Below are positions 9,105-17,465 of a DNA stretch of 55,910 nucleotides, piece after piece; position 1 is the first letter of the stretch, and every line of letters starts with the position of its first letter. This DNA comes from an uncultured Gemmatimonadaceae bacterium. GTDB lineage: Bacteria; Gemmatimonadota; Gemmatimonadetes; Gemmatimonadales; GWC2-71-9. Position numbers and translations under genes: made by a program. Under the pieces are notes generated by a model. That model saw only the letters and a program-made list of their open reading frames with translations, was not told the origin of the DNA and made no database searches. Location of the stretch: the NCBI GenBank assembly GCA_964348385.1, contig CAYGCN010000004.1:1-55910 (forward strand). The letters run 5' to 3'.

Positions 9105-11099
9105 CTACCATTCCCCCTCCAACTCCACCTTCCAAATCGATCCGGCAATCGGGATCTCGCTAGAGTACGCCACATGCTTACCGTCCGGCGAGAGCTCGTA
9201 CCACCACACCGATCCGGGGTCGTCCGCGGTGAGCGCAACGGGCTCGACCTTCGGATCCAGTGAGACGAGCCAGATCTCGGCATCCATCATGCTTGGTTCC
9301 GCACCCATCCCGAGCACCAGGAAGCCGCTTGCATCCGGCAGCCACCGCAACAATGCCCACCACTTGGGACCGGGCTCCAATGTCACGATTCGTGGCTCGC
9401 CTATGAGCTCTCCGTTTGCCGAAAGCCGGACGAGCATGACGTCGTATCCCTCGCGGTGCAGTCCGGGCTCGCTGGGCATTTCCGCATACGACAGCGCCAA
9501 CATCGAGCCATCAGGAGAGAACTCCGGCCGCCACATGCCCACACCGACGATCTGTCCGGGATGCGTGAAGACTTCACGAATGTCGTCGCTCCCCGCGACC
9601 ATAGTGAGGAGCGTCGTCTGGTTGCCGTGGGGACGCGCGAAGACGATTCGATCGCCGTGCAAGGCGAATCCGTCGGGGAACTCGTCGGGCGTGAAGCTTC
9701 CGATCAGCCGGGATGGTTCGGTTGGACGAACCGCCCTCAGGTCCAACCGATCACCGTGATCTTCTGCGTACAGAAACTGGTCGTCGCCCTCCAGGAGATT
9801 GAAGCGCACGTAGTCAGCCCACAACGAGCGTGAAACCTCCCGAGTGACGCCCGTTTCCAAGTCCCGGATCTTCGCAACTAGAGTTGACGCCTCGCCCTCC
9901 GACGTCACATAGAAGGCATACCGCCCATCCGGACCCAGCACGGGACCCCATCCGGCTGCAGCGCTGTCGATCGGAAGTGCGAGCTGCCTTTGCGGCCCGC
10001 CGTCCAGCGGAGCGCGCATCAGGATGTGCTCCCCGTTGAGCCGCGTGCCGAATAGCACGTTTTCGCCGTCGGCTGTCCAGCCCGCCGGCCGATCCCACGA
10101 GCGTGCGTCATTCAACAGTCTCGCGCGCCCGCCGTTCACTGGTAGCACCCTGAGCGGCGCGGCCCAGGTTCCCATCGTCGCGAGTAGCGTGCGTCCGTCT
10201 TCACCGAACCCGCTGAGCGACATCCCTCTTGGCAGCGTGAACCGCGCAGCCGGCTGACCGTCGAGCGACGCGAGTTCATACTCGTCCCCACTCCGCCGGC
10301 AGATATGGCGGGTACTGGGGGACAGCCACGTCGATCCTGTGCGATCCCTCAGCCAACTCGACACCTCCTCGACGCGGCCATCCTCGACGAAAACACGCAT
10401 GACCTTCTCGTATTGCTTCACCCGCGACTCTTCCGTCGAGAGGAAGTAGACGCTCTTTCCATCGGCTGACCACCTCGGCTCCTTCATGTACCGTCGTGCC
10501 GCCAGTGTCCGCGCCGAGCCACCGGTTGACGGAAGGATCTTGAGCACCTGGGGGGTTGCCCATCCGAACCCCGGTGCCGCCGACTCCTCACTACTCGTGT
10601 ACGCGATCCACTTGCCGTCAGGCGAGATCGCGAAGCCACCTCCCCACGTGGGGTCGAGCGTGACCTGCCGTATGGGGCCTGTCGGTTGGCCGGTCCCAGG
10701 ATCAATGCCGAGGGAGACGATGTGGACCGTACTGGACCGCCCGCGTGCGAACCGGGAAGAGCGGAATGCGATGCGGTCGCCGCTCGGGAACCACCGCGCG
10801 CCCCCATTGAACTCGTTTCCTTCCGTCAGTCGTGTAGCATCACCGTCTTCGACCGATGCGATCCACAAGTTCATCCTGTCCGCGCCTTCAACCGTGTTGA
10901 ACACCACCCACCGTCCGTCAGGGGACAATGCTCCCGAAGTGGACGCGCCCCACAGGTTCAGCGAATCCGATCCGTACAGCCGAGTGAGCTGCGGCTCGAG
11001 CATCGGGACGGACTGTTGTGGATCAGCCTGCGCGTGTACTGCTGGTGCGCTCAATCCGAGCGCCACAGCCGCAAGCAAGAGTCGATACATTGACGTCAT
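9105..11099 (-). CDS. PD40/TolB-like beta-propeller secreted protein (P664)
   Basis: The ORF track gives 9105..11294, but its first 65 residues are Arg/Gly-rich and overlap the upstream gene. The internal ATG at 11099 gives the signal peptide MTSMYRLLLAAVALGLSAPAVHAQ and an ATGA overlap with the stop of 11096..11914. PD40-type motifs: SPDGRWVVF, SPDGKWIAY, GPDGRYAFY, SPDGSMLAL, SPDGKHVAY. Confidence 0.85.
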   Translation of the reverse strand: MTSMYRLLLAAVALGLSAPAVHAQADPQQSVPMLEPQLTRLYGSDSLNLWGASTSGALSPDGRWVVFNTVEGADRMNLWIASVEDGDATRLTEGNEFNGGARWFPSGDRIAFRSSRFARGRSSTVHIVSLGIDPGTGQPTGPIRQVTLDPTWGGGFAISPDGKWIAYTSSEESAAPGFGWATPQVLKILPSTGGSARTLAARRYMKEPRWSADGKSVYFLSTEESRVKQYEKVMRVFVEDGRVEEVSSWLRDRTGSTWLSPSTRHICRRSGDEYELASLDGQPAARFTLPRGMSLSGFGEDGRTLLATMGTWAAPLRVLPVNGGRARLLNDARSWDRPAGWTADGENVLFGTRLNGEHILMRAPLDGGPQRQLALPIDSAAAGWGPVLGPDGRYAFYVTSEGEASTLVAKIRDLETGVTREVSRSLWADYVRFNLLEGDDQFLYAEDHGDRLDLRAVRPTEPSRLIGSFTPDEFPDGFALHGDRIVFARPHGNQTTLLTMVAGSDDIREVFTHPGQIVGVGMWRPEFSPDGSMLALSYAEMPSEPGLHREGYDVMLVRLSANGELIGEPRIVTLEPGPKWWALLRWLPDASGFLVLGMGAEPSMMDAEIWLVSLDPKVEPVALTADDPGSVWWYELSPDGKHVAYSSEIPIAGSIWKVELEGEW

Positions 11100-11914
11100 T
11101 TCGACACCCCCGGCATGTCTCCCAGATCCACCAGCCAAATGGAGCTCCCCCGCGGCTGCCAGCTTGGATAGACAATGGGTTGGCCATCCGGCGACAGCAC
11201 GAACCCATAAACGTCCTTCGGGTTGTCTTGCGTGAGGCATACTGGACGCTCGGTGGGATCCACTGGGAAGAACCAGACGTTGTGGCCGTCCCACCCGACT
11301 GCCACCACACCTCGGCTATCCGGGAGCCAGCGCAGGTTCCACCACGAGAGCGACGGCTCGCTCACGTAGCGGAGGTCACCAATCGGCTCGCCGGATGGTG
11401 ACACCTGCAGGAGTGCCACTCTTGCCGACTCCCACCCGCCGGTGGTGTCGACGTGCACCACTGCAACGTGCCGACCGTCTGGGGACCACGCTCCCATCTG
11501 AAGCCAACCGACCACGCTCGTGAGCTCACGCGACTCCGCATCTCCCAGGGTCGTGGTACGCAGACGTGCGCGATCGGCGGAATACTCGATGAAGACAATA
11601 CGGTTTCCATTTACGCCAACGCTACCAGACTGTTGGTCGCCAAACGTGTGAAGAACGCGACTTCCCTGCTCGGGTGTCCACGCCCTCAGCTCGTGTCCGT
11701 ACGCGACCCAGCGCCCATCTGGGGACAGGCTCGCGCCGTAAATCTCGAGTGTGTCACTGCCGAAGATGCGAGTGAATGTCGGCTCGATGACGGGCACGTC
11801 GGTTTGCGACGCGGTCTGCGCTGTCAGCGGCAGCGATAGCGATGCTGTGGCCATCGCCGCGAACATGACCAACCGGTTGATTCGATGTCGTTTCATCGAT
11901 CGATGCTCCTTCAC
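11096..11914 (-). CDS. Truncated PD40/TolB-like paralogue (P272)
   Basis: 272-aa ORF with a GTG start. Signal peptide (LVMFAAMATASLSLPLTAQ). The N-terminus (VPVIEPTFTRIFGSDTLEIYGASLSPDGRWVAY) aligns to the N-termini of P714/P664. The rest aligns to their last about 190 residues (GNRIVFIEY..., WSPDGRHVAV, WWNLRWLPD, LSPDGQPIVY, SSIWLVDLG). Confidence 0.8.
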   Translation of the reverse strand: MKEHRSMKRHRINRLVMFAAMATASLSLPLTAQTASQTDVPVIEPTFTRIFGSDTLEIYGASLSPDGRWVAYGHELRAWTPEQGSRVLHTFGDQQSGSVGVNGNRIVFIEYSADRARLRTTTLGDAESRELTSVVGWLQMGAWSPDGRHVAVVHVDTTGGWESARVALLQVSPSGEPIGDLRYVSEPSLSWWNLRWLPDSRGVVAVGWDGHNVWFFPVDPTERPVCLTQDNPKDVYGFVLSPDGQPIVYPSWQPRGSSIWLVDLGDMPGVSK

Positions 11915-11932
11915 TTGCGGCCAACCACGCCG

Positions 11933-14077
11933 CTATTTCTCTCCGGTCAACACGTCGCCCAACTCCACCCGCCACACCGAGCTTCCCGCATGCACGTCGC
12001 TCGAGTAGGCGAGGTACTTCCCGTCGGGAGAGAGTGAGAACGCCCACGTGTCATTGGGATCGTCGGCGGTGAGCGGAATCGCTTCCGTATCGGGATCCAG
12101 CGAGACAAGCCAGACGTTCGTACCTGGCGGACCCCCGGTCCGGTCGGCGCCAAAGCCATTAATGACGAACGCGCTTCCGTCTGGGAGCCATGTGAGCCCC
12201 CACCACCACATGGGGCCGGGCTCAAGGTCGAGAATACGGGGCTCACCCAGCACCTCTCCCTCCGCTGTGAGCTTAACCAGCATGACGTCAAAGTCGGGGG
12301 CATCCGGCTCGGCGTACGCCAGCGCTACCATTTCCCCGTCTGGCGACCACGAGGGGCCACTCGAGCCTCGTGAGCTGAGTCGACCGTTTACAGTCAATAC
12401 TCGCCTTGCTTCCGGTCTCCCCGCGGATGCGATGAACAACGACATCGCGGTGCTGTCACCGACGTACTCCGTGAAGGCAATTCGGTCACCGCGTACGTCA
12501 ATCAGCGGTGGGAAACCTTCCGTGGCAAAGCTGCGGAGCAGCCGTGTGGGGCCGCCCGGTCGCACCGCGCGAAACTCGAAACGGCCTTCCAGCCGCTCAC
12601 CGTAGAGGAAGTCCTGGCCGGCTCGAGCTGGATTGAACGTTCGATATCGATCCCACAGCGATCGACTGATCTCGCGCTCACTGCCATTGGAGAGGTCGAT
12701 GATCTTGAGGACTGGCGTGCCTGTCGGTTCTTCGACAACGGCGTGAAGCACATGCCTTCCGTCTTCCGACAGCACAGGTCCATGTCGTGTGTATCGCGGC
12801 CCTGGCAACCGCACCTGCCGCATGGCTCCGCCATCCCGCGGCGCGATCATGAACACTTCAGATCCGTTGAGCTCTGTCTGGAAGAAGATCCCTGTCCCAT
12901 CGGGCGTCCAACCCCATGGTACGTCGTATGCCCGCGTCTCCGTGAGCTGACGCGCCGGTCCGCCATTGAGCGGCACAACTCGGAGTGGCGCCGCCGTGTG
13001 CTGCATGATGGCAAGCAGGCTGCGGCCGTCGGGAGCGAACGCGGCAACGGTCATGGTCTTCGGCAACGTGAACTGTGCCAGATGGTGGCCATCAAGGGTC
13101 GCGACTTCGTAGACATGGGGCTGACCGGATGTAGCTGTAATCTCTCTACAGACGATTCGGCCGTCGGGACTGACGAGGACGGGCACCGGCCATTGCGACG
13201 ACGTCTGGGGAGCTCCACCATCTGCCGCGACCCGCATGACCGCCCAGGGCCCGGTCTCGGTCCGACGCAACAGATAATGAATATGTCGGCCGTCAGGATC
13301 CCACACGGGAAACGAGATGATCCCGCCTTCGACCACGGTGCGGGCGGTCCCCCCGTTCGCTGGAACCACCGTGAGTGCCCGGTCCACGCCCGAGCCTCTC
13401 ACGTATGCGATGCGATTCCCGTCGGGAGAAACCGCGAAACCGTACTGATAGAGGTTCTCAAGCGTCACTTGCCGCGGAGGACCCGTCGCGCGGCCCCGGT
13501 TCGGATCAATCGGCACGGTCATGAGATAGGCGCGATGGCCGTCCTCCGACGGCCGTGTCGATCGGAATACGATGCGGTCACTGCCTGGAAACCAGACAGG
13601 CTGGTGATCCGTGTACGCACCCTCCAACAGTTGAGTAGGCTCGCCCCCCTCCACCGGCGAAATCCACAGCGTCATAGACGCAGCACCGCCGCTAGTAGTC
13701 GGAAATACGATCCATTTGCCATTGGGCGAGAGCGCAACCTTAGGCGGGATTTTTGTGAACAGATCGATCGTCAGCGTGTCGCTGCCGAACAGCTTGGTGA
13801 ACGTCGGCTCCACGGCAGGAACGTCCACATCACTCTGTGCCACGAGTTGCTGCGGTGCGGACAGACATAGCAGCGCGACGACTGCTACGCCGGCCGCAGG
13901 GGACCGCGACGCCAGCCCCCGCCGACGCACCTTGCGATCCTCACGCGCCTCGAACCCACAACACGCGAGCGAGAGCGCGAGGATGATCAGGAGCGATCCA
14001 GCAAAGCCGAGATGGAGATACGAAACGAGCCGCAGGACGTCGAGCGCCAGGAGTTCCGGTGTGACAAGGTCAGGCAT
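11933..14077 (-). CDS. PD40/TolB-like beta-propeller secreted protein (P714)
   Basis: 714-aa ORF, paralogue of P664 (VEPTFTKLFGSDTL, SPNGKWIVF, SPDGNRIAY, SPDGEMVAL, WWWGLTWLPD, SPDGKYLAY). The first 49 residues add an extra hydrophobic stretch ahead of a normal signal peptide. The alternative start GTG 13930 (GAGGA 7 nt upstream) would give VRRRGLASRSPAAGVAVVALLCLSAPQQLVAQ. Confidence 0.85.
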   Translation of the reverse strand: MPDLVTPELLALDVLRLVSYLHLGFAGSLLIILALSLACCGFEAREDRKVRRRGLASRSPAAGVAVVALLCLSAPQQLVAQSDVDVPAVEPTFTKLFGSDTLTIDLFTKIPPKVALSPNGKWIVFPTTSGGAASMTLWISPVEGGEPTQLLEGAYTDHQPVWFPGSDRIVFRSTRPSEDGHRAYLMTVPIDPNRGRATGPPRQVTLENLYQYGFAVSPDGNRIAYVRGSGVDRALTVVPANGGTARTVVEGGIISFPVWDPDGRHIHYLLRRTETGPWAVMRVAADGGAPQTSSQWPVPVLVSPDGRIVCREITATSGQPHVYEVATLDGHHLAQFTLPKTMTVAAFAPDGRSLLAIMQHTAAPLRVVPLNGGPARQLTETRAYDVPWGWTPDGTGIFFQTELNGSEVFMIAPRDGGAMRQVRLPGPRYTRHGPVLSEDGRHVLHAVVEEPTGTPVLKIIDLSNGSEREISRSLWDRYRTFNPARAGQDFLYGERLEGRFEFRAVRPGGPTRLLRSFATEGFPPLIDVRGDRIAFTEYVGDSTAMSLFIASAGRPEARRVLTVNGRLSSRGSSGPSWSPDGEMVALAYAEPDAPDFDVMLVKLTAEGEVLGEPRILDLEPGPMWWWGLTWLPDGSAFVINGFGADRTGGPPGTNVWLVSLDPDTEAIPLTADDPNDTWAFSLSPDGKYLAYSSDVHAGSSVWRVELGDVLTGEK

Positions 14078-14131
14078 GGCAGCGCTCCGAGAGTGACGGA
14101 AGTCAGCCGGTCTTTGTCACTTGGCTCGAGA

Positions 14132-14146
14132 GCAAGCGCGGTGCCA
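14132..14146 (-). promoter_or_regulatory. Sigma-54 (-24/-12) promoter
   Basis: The minus strand reads TCCT TGGCAC CGCGC TTGC TCTC, an exact TGGCAC-N5-TTGC match. It sits 54 nt upstream of ATG 14077, in the gap after the NtrC-type activator gene. Confidence 0.7.
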
Positions 14147-14256
14147 AGGAGCACTGGCCACCTAAGTGTTTGTGCAGATGATTGTTACGGGACTGTGGCG
14201 TCGGAGCGGCGGGAGCGTGAACGGCAACGATCCGATGCCAGACCGGCCTCGGTGTG

Positions 14257-15615
14257 TTACTCGGGAGTGTGTAAGTCGTGTTTTTCCATGATGCGGTCGA
14301 GCCGGGGTCGCGAAATGCCGAGGATCCGCGCGGCCTGGCGTTTGTTGCCGCTGGTGCGATCAAGAATGCGCCGCACGTGGGCAGCTTCAACGGCCTCGAG
14401 CGAATCGTCGTCGTGTGGGCCAGACGCCGCTGGGGCCTCTCCAGTATCAAGCGCGCCGAGTGAGAGATGCTCGACACCGATCACGGGTCCACGCGCCAAC
14501 ACTGCCGCGCGGGTGAGCGCGTTCTCCAGCTCACGCACGTTGCCGGGCCAGTCGTACGCTTCGAGCTCCCGCAACGCCTCGGGCGCGATCCTGCTCACAT
14601 CATTGTGCAACTTGTCCCGGACCTTGGCCAGCAAGTGGTCCACAAGGGAGGCAACGTCACCCTTCCGATCCCTGAGCGGCGGGACGTTGATCTCGACGAC
14701 CTTGAGCCGGAAGTAGAGATCTTCGCGAAACCCACCGCTCCGCACCAACTCCTCGAGCGGTCGGTGCGTCGCGGCAATGACGCGCGCCTTCGTGGTGTGC
14801 GGCTGCTCAGCTCCCACCGGATAGAACTCACCCTGCTCCAACACCCGAAGCAGCTTGGCCTGGAGGTCGGCGCCCATGTCGCCGATCTCATCGAGGAAGA
14901 CGGTCCCTTTCCCAGCCAACTCGAAGTAGCCCTTGCGCGTGGCGACCGCGCCGGTAAACGCGCCACGCACATGCCCGAACAGCTCCGATTCCAGCAGTGT
15001 CTCCGTGAGCGCCGTGCAGTTGACCGCCACAAACGGCTCGCCGGCCTGCGGCGAGTTATAGTGGATCGCGCGCGCGATGCACTCCTTCCCCGTCCCCGTC
15101 TCCCCTCGGATCAACACGGTCGCACGATTCTCGGCCAACAGGCCGATCAACTTGTAGATCTCGACGATGGCCGGATCGTGCCCGACCAGGTTCTCGAGCG
15201 CGTGGGACTCCGACGCTTGGGACGTAAGGTGCTCCACCCTTCGTTTGAGCTGTCGGTCGCGGAAGCAGCGCTCGATCAACAGATCGATGCGGTCCAGGTC
15301 AAGTGGCTTCACGAGGTAATCGTATGCACCCGCTTTCATGGCACTCACCGCAGTCTGCATATCTTCGAATGCGGTGATCACCACGACGTCCACGTCGTCG
15401 ATCGTCTCACGCACACGCTGCAGGAACTCGATGCCGTCCATACCCGGCATCCTGACGTCGGTGATGATGAGCCCGGGTTCGGTCTGTTCGACAAGCACCA
15501 AGCCCTCTTCGGCGTTTGGCGCCGTCACCACCGCGTAGCCCGAACGCCCGAGATGCTGCTCGAACGTCTCCCGAATCGAGCGATCGTCGTCGACTACCAG
15601 CACTCGCTGACTCAC
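14257..15615 (-). CDS. Sigma-54-dependent (NtrC-family) response regulator / enhancer-binding protein
   Basis: 452-aa ORF. Receiver (VLVVDDD, IITDVRMPGMDG). AAA+ sigma-54 interaction domain (Walker A GETGTGKE, GAFTGA loop, Walker B VFLDEIGD). Fis-type HTH (NKRQAARILGISRPRL). 4-nt overlap with HK3. Confidence 0.94.
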   Translation of the reverse strand: MSQRVLVVDDDRSIRETFEQHLGRSGYAVVTAPNAEEGLVLVEQTEPGLIITDVRMPGMDGIEFLQRVRETIDDVDVVVITAFEDMQTAVSAMKAGAYDYLVKPLDLDRIDLLIERCFRDRQLKRRVEHLTSQASESHALENLVGHDPAIVEIYKLIGLLAENRATVLIRGETGTGKECIARAIHYNSPQAGEPFVAVNCTALTETLLESELFGHVRGAFTGAVATRKGYFELAGKGTVFLDEIGDMGADLQAKLLRVLEQGEFYPVGAEQPHTTKARVIAATHRPLEELVRSGGFREDLYFRLKVVEINVPPLRDRKGDVASLVDHLLAKVRDKLHNDVSRIAPEALRELEAYDWPGNVRELENALTRAAVLARGPVIGVEHLSLGALDTGEAPAASGPHDDDSLEAVEAAHVRRILDRTSGNKRQAARILGISRPRLDRIMEKHDLHTPE

Positions 15616-17384
15616 AGAAAGTCCTCCCGTGCCAGGGGCAACTCGACGATGAAGACGGCGCCCGATGTGCGCGCGGAGTCGTCTGCCAGCCGTAGCGTCC
15701 CTGCGTGCTCCTCCACCACTTGTTGCGCCAATGCCAAGCCGAACCCCGTCCCCTCGTCCTTGGTGCTTACAAACGGGTCAAAGATTCTGTCCTTGATGTC
15801 AGGGGAAATCCCGAGCCCGGTGTCGGCCACACGGATCGAAATCCGGGGCCGTGACGAACCATCGCCCTCCTGCAGCTTCGTCATCACTTCCAACGAGCCA
15901 CCCTGCGGCATGGCGTCGACCGCATTCAGGAACAGATTCAAGAACACACCTTTCAACTGCTCGGCGTCACCGACGACGGTGTCGCTCGACGCTGCGAAAT
16001 CCATCCGCACCTCGACCCTGCTGTCTTTGAGCTGTGGCGTCAACGTCTCCAGACCGTCGCGCACCGCGTCGTGGACGGAGCACGCCATGCGGTTGGGCGG
16101 CCGCGTTCGGGCGACACTCAGCACGCCTCCGGCCACGCGATCGAGCCGCTTCACCTCTCGGAGACAGATGTTGATCGGGCCGGCGTATTCTTCTGAGATC
16201 TTCTTCTCGGCAACGTCCCTCTCTAGGCTCTGGAGATTCAGCTTGATCGATGTCAGCGGATTCCGGATCTCGTGCGATAGCTGCGAGGCGAACGCCCCAA
16301 CCGCCGCCATATGCCGGCTTTCCTGAATCCGCCGAAGCATCTCGCGAACCTGCCTGACCATGATGCCGAACGCCCGGGACAGCTTGCCGATCTCGTCTTG
16401 CCCTGACGGCGGCAGATCGGGATCGAAATCCCCCTGCGCCACCTGATCTGCCGCAGCTGTGAGCACTCCGAGCGACCGGGTCATACGCGCCGTCACAATC
16501 AGGAACGCAATTGAAATCACCACAGCGGCCAAGAGAATCAGCGCCAGATTGATCAACCGAGTGCGAGCAAACGGCGGCGCGGACTCCGCCACGGACGCGG
16601 TCGAGACAACCGTCCATGGCGGTTCGGCGAGCGATGCAAACGACGCCACACGCGTCGAGTCGGCCTCCTCGTAGGTGAACCGCCCGCTCTCTTCTTCGAG
16701 GTTCGCTACACTCACATCCCAACCCTGCGGGCCGATCAGCATCGAGAGTGGCTGCCGGTAATACGTACGACGCGGGTGAAACACCACCCGCTCCGTCCGT
16801 CGATCGACTACAGCCGAGTAGCCCGAGCGACCGAACGCCACCTGCAACGCATCGTCCGGCAGCAGCGCGCGGAGCCGTACGGCCGCGCTGAGCACACCCA
16901 GCTCATCACCAGTGTCGACATCTCCGATGCGCTGCGCCACCAGAAGCACGTCAAAGGGATCGACCGGTTGCTCGGCGTCGGTGAACGCCGGATCACCGGT
17001 AGAGCCGAGTCGATAGAGCATGCGGCCGTCGGTGTCACGAAACTCGGCGTAGCGATAGGAGCCACCCACCAACTGCCACGCGCGCCCCAGGTATTCGTCG
17101 GCCGCTTGTCGCGCGGCCTCGATTTCTTCCGGACTGCCGCCGACGTGCGCTCGATACAGTCGCTGCGTCTCGGCGTTTTCGGCGAGGAGCAGCAAATCGG
17201 ACTGCCGGAGCGCATAGCGGCTCCGGATTTCATCAGCTGCGTGCTGCGCGATGCCCCACGTGCGCGTCGCGACCAGGTCTCCGACGGCCTGCATGGTACG
17301 GATGTAGGTGAAGACCCCGAGAGCCACGATCGGCGTGACGCCGAAGACGGCAAACAGCAGGATCAGCTTGGCGCGGAGCGACAT
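15612..17384 (-). CDS. Sensor histidine kinase (HK3) with periplasmic sensor domain and HAMP
   Basis: 590-aa ORF: TM, about 260-aa periplasmic (Cache-like?) region, TM, HAMP (LGVLTAAADQVAQGDFD...EIGKLSRAFGIM), H-box SHEIRNPL, HATPase_c (NLFLNAVDA, DTGLGI, GTGFGL). Confidence 0.9.
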   Translation of the reverse strand: MSLRAKLILLFAVFGVTPIVALGVFTYIRTMQAVGDLVATRTWGIAQHAADEIRSRYALRQSDLLLLAENAETQRLYRAHVGGSPEEIEAARQAADEYLGRAWQLVGGSYRYAEFRDTDGRMLYRLGSTGDPAFTDAEQPVDPFDVLLVAQRIGDVDTGDELGVLSAAVRLRALLPDDALQVAFGRSGYSAVVDRRTERVVFHPRRTYYRQPLSMLIGPQGWDVSVANLEEESGRFTYEEADSTRVASFASLAEPPWTVVSTASVAESAPPFARTRLINLALILLAAVVISIAFLIVTARMTRSLGVLTAAADQVAQGDFDPDLPPSGQDEIGKLSRAFGIMVRQVREMLRRIQESRHMAAVGAFASQLSHEIRNPLTSIKLNLQSLERDVAEKKISEEYAGPINICLREVKRLDRVAGGVLSVARTRPPNRMACSVHDAVRDGLETLTPQLKDSRVEVRMDFAASSDTVVGDAEQLKGVFLNLFLNAVDAMPQGGSLEVMTKLQEGDGSSRPRISIRVADTGLGISPDIKDRIFDPFVSTKDEGTGFGLALAQQVVEEHAGTLRLADDSARTSGAVFIVELPLAREDFL

Positions 17385-17465
17385 TTGCCAACAGCCTCCA
17401 TGCTCGAGGGCATTGGGCTGTTTTCGCTAACAATACCGGTCGAGGGCCCTGGCCGCGAGCTGCAG

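Noticed and set aside
11100-11294. N-terminal extensions offered by the ORF track for several genes: 11294, 14077(?), 21297, 24109, 24690, 30433, 32509, 36992, 43670, 45905, 47187, 50046, 50160.
   Set aside because: The extensions are Arg/Gly/Pro-rich, overlap the neighbouring gene, and precede an internal start. That internal start yields a proper signal peptide or family N-terminus, usually with a Shine-Dalgarno sequence or an ATGA/GTGA overlap. I used the internal starts. For 14077 the alternative is noted but the longer ORF is kept.
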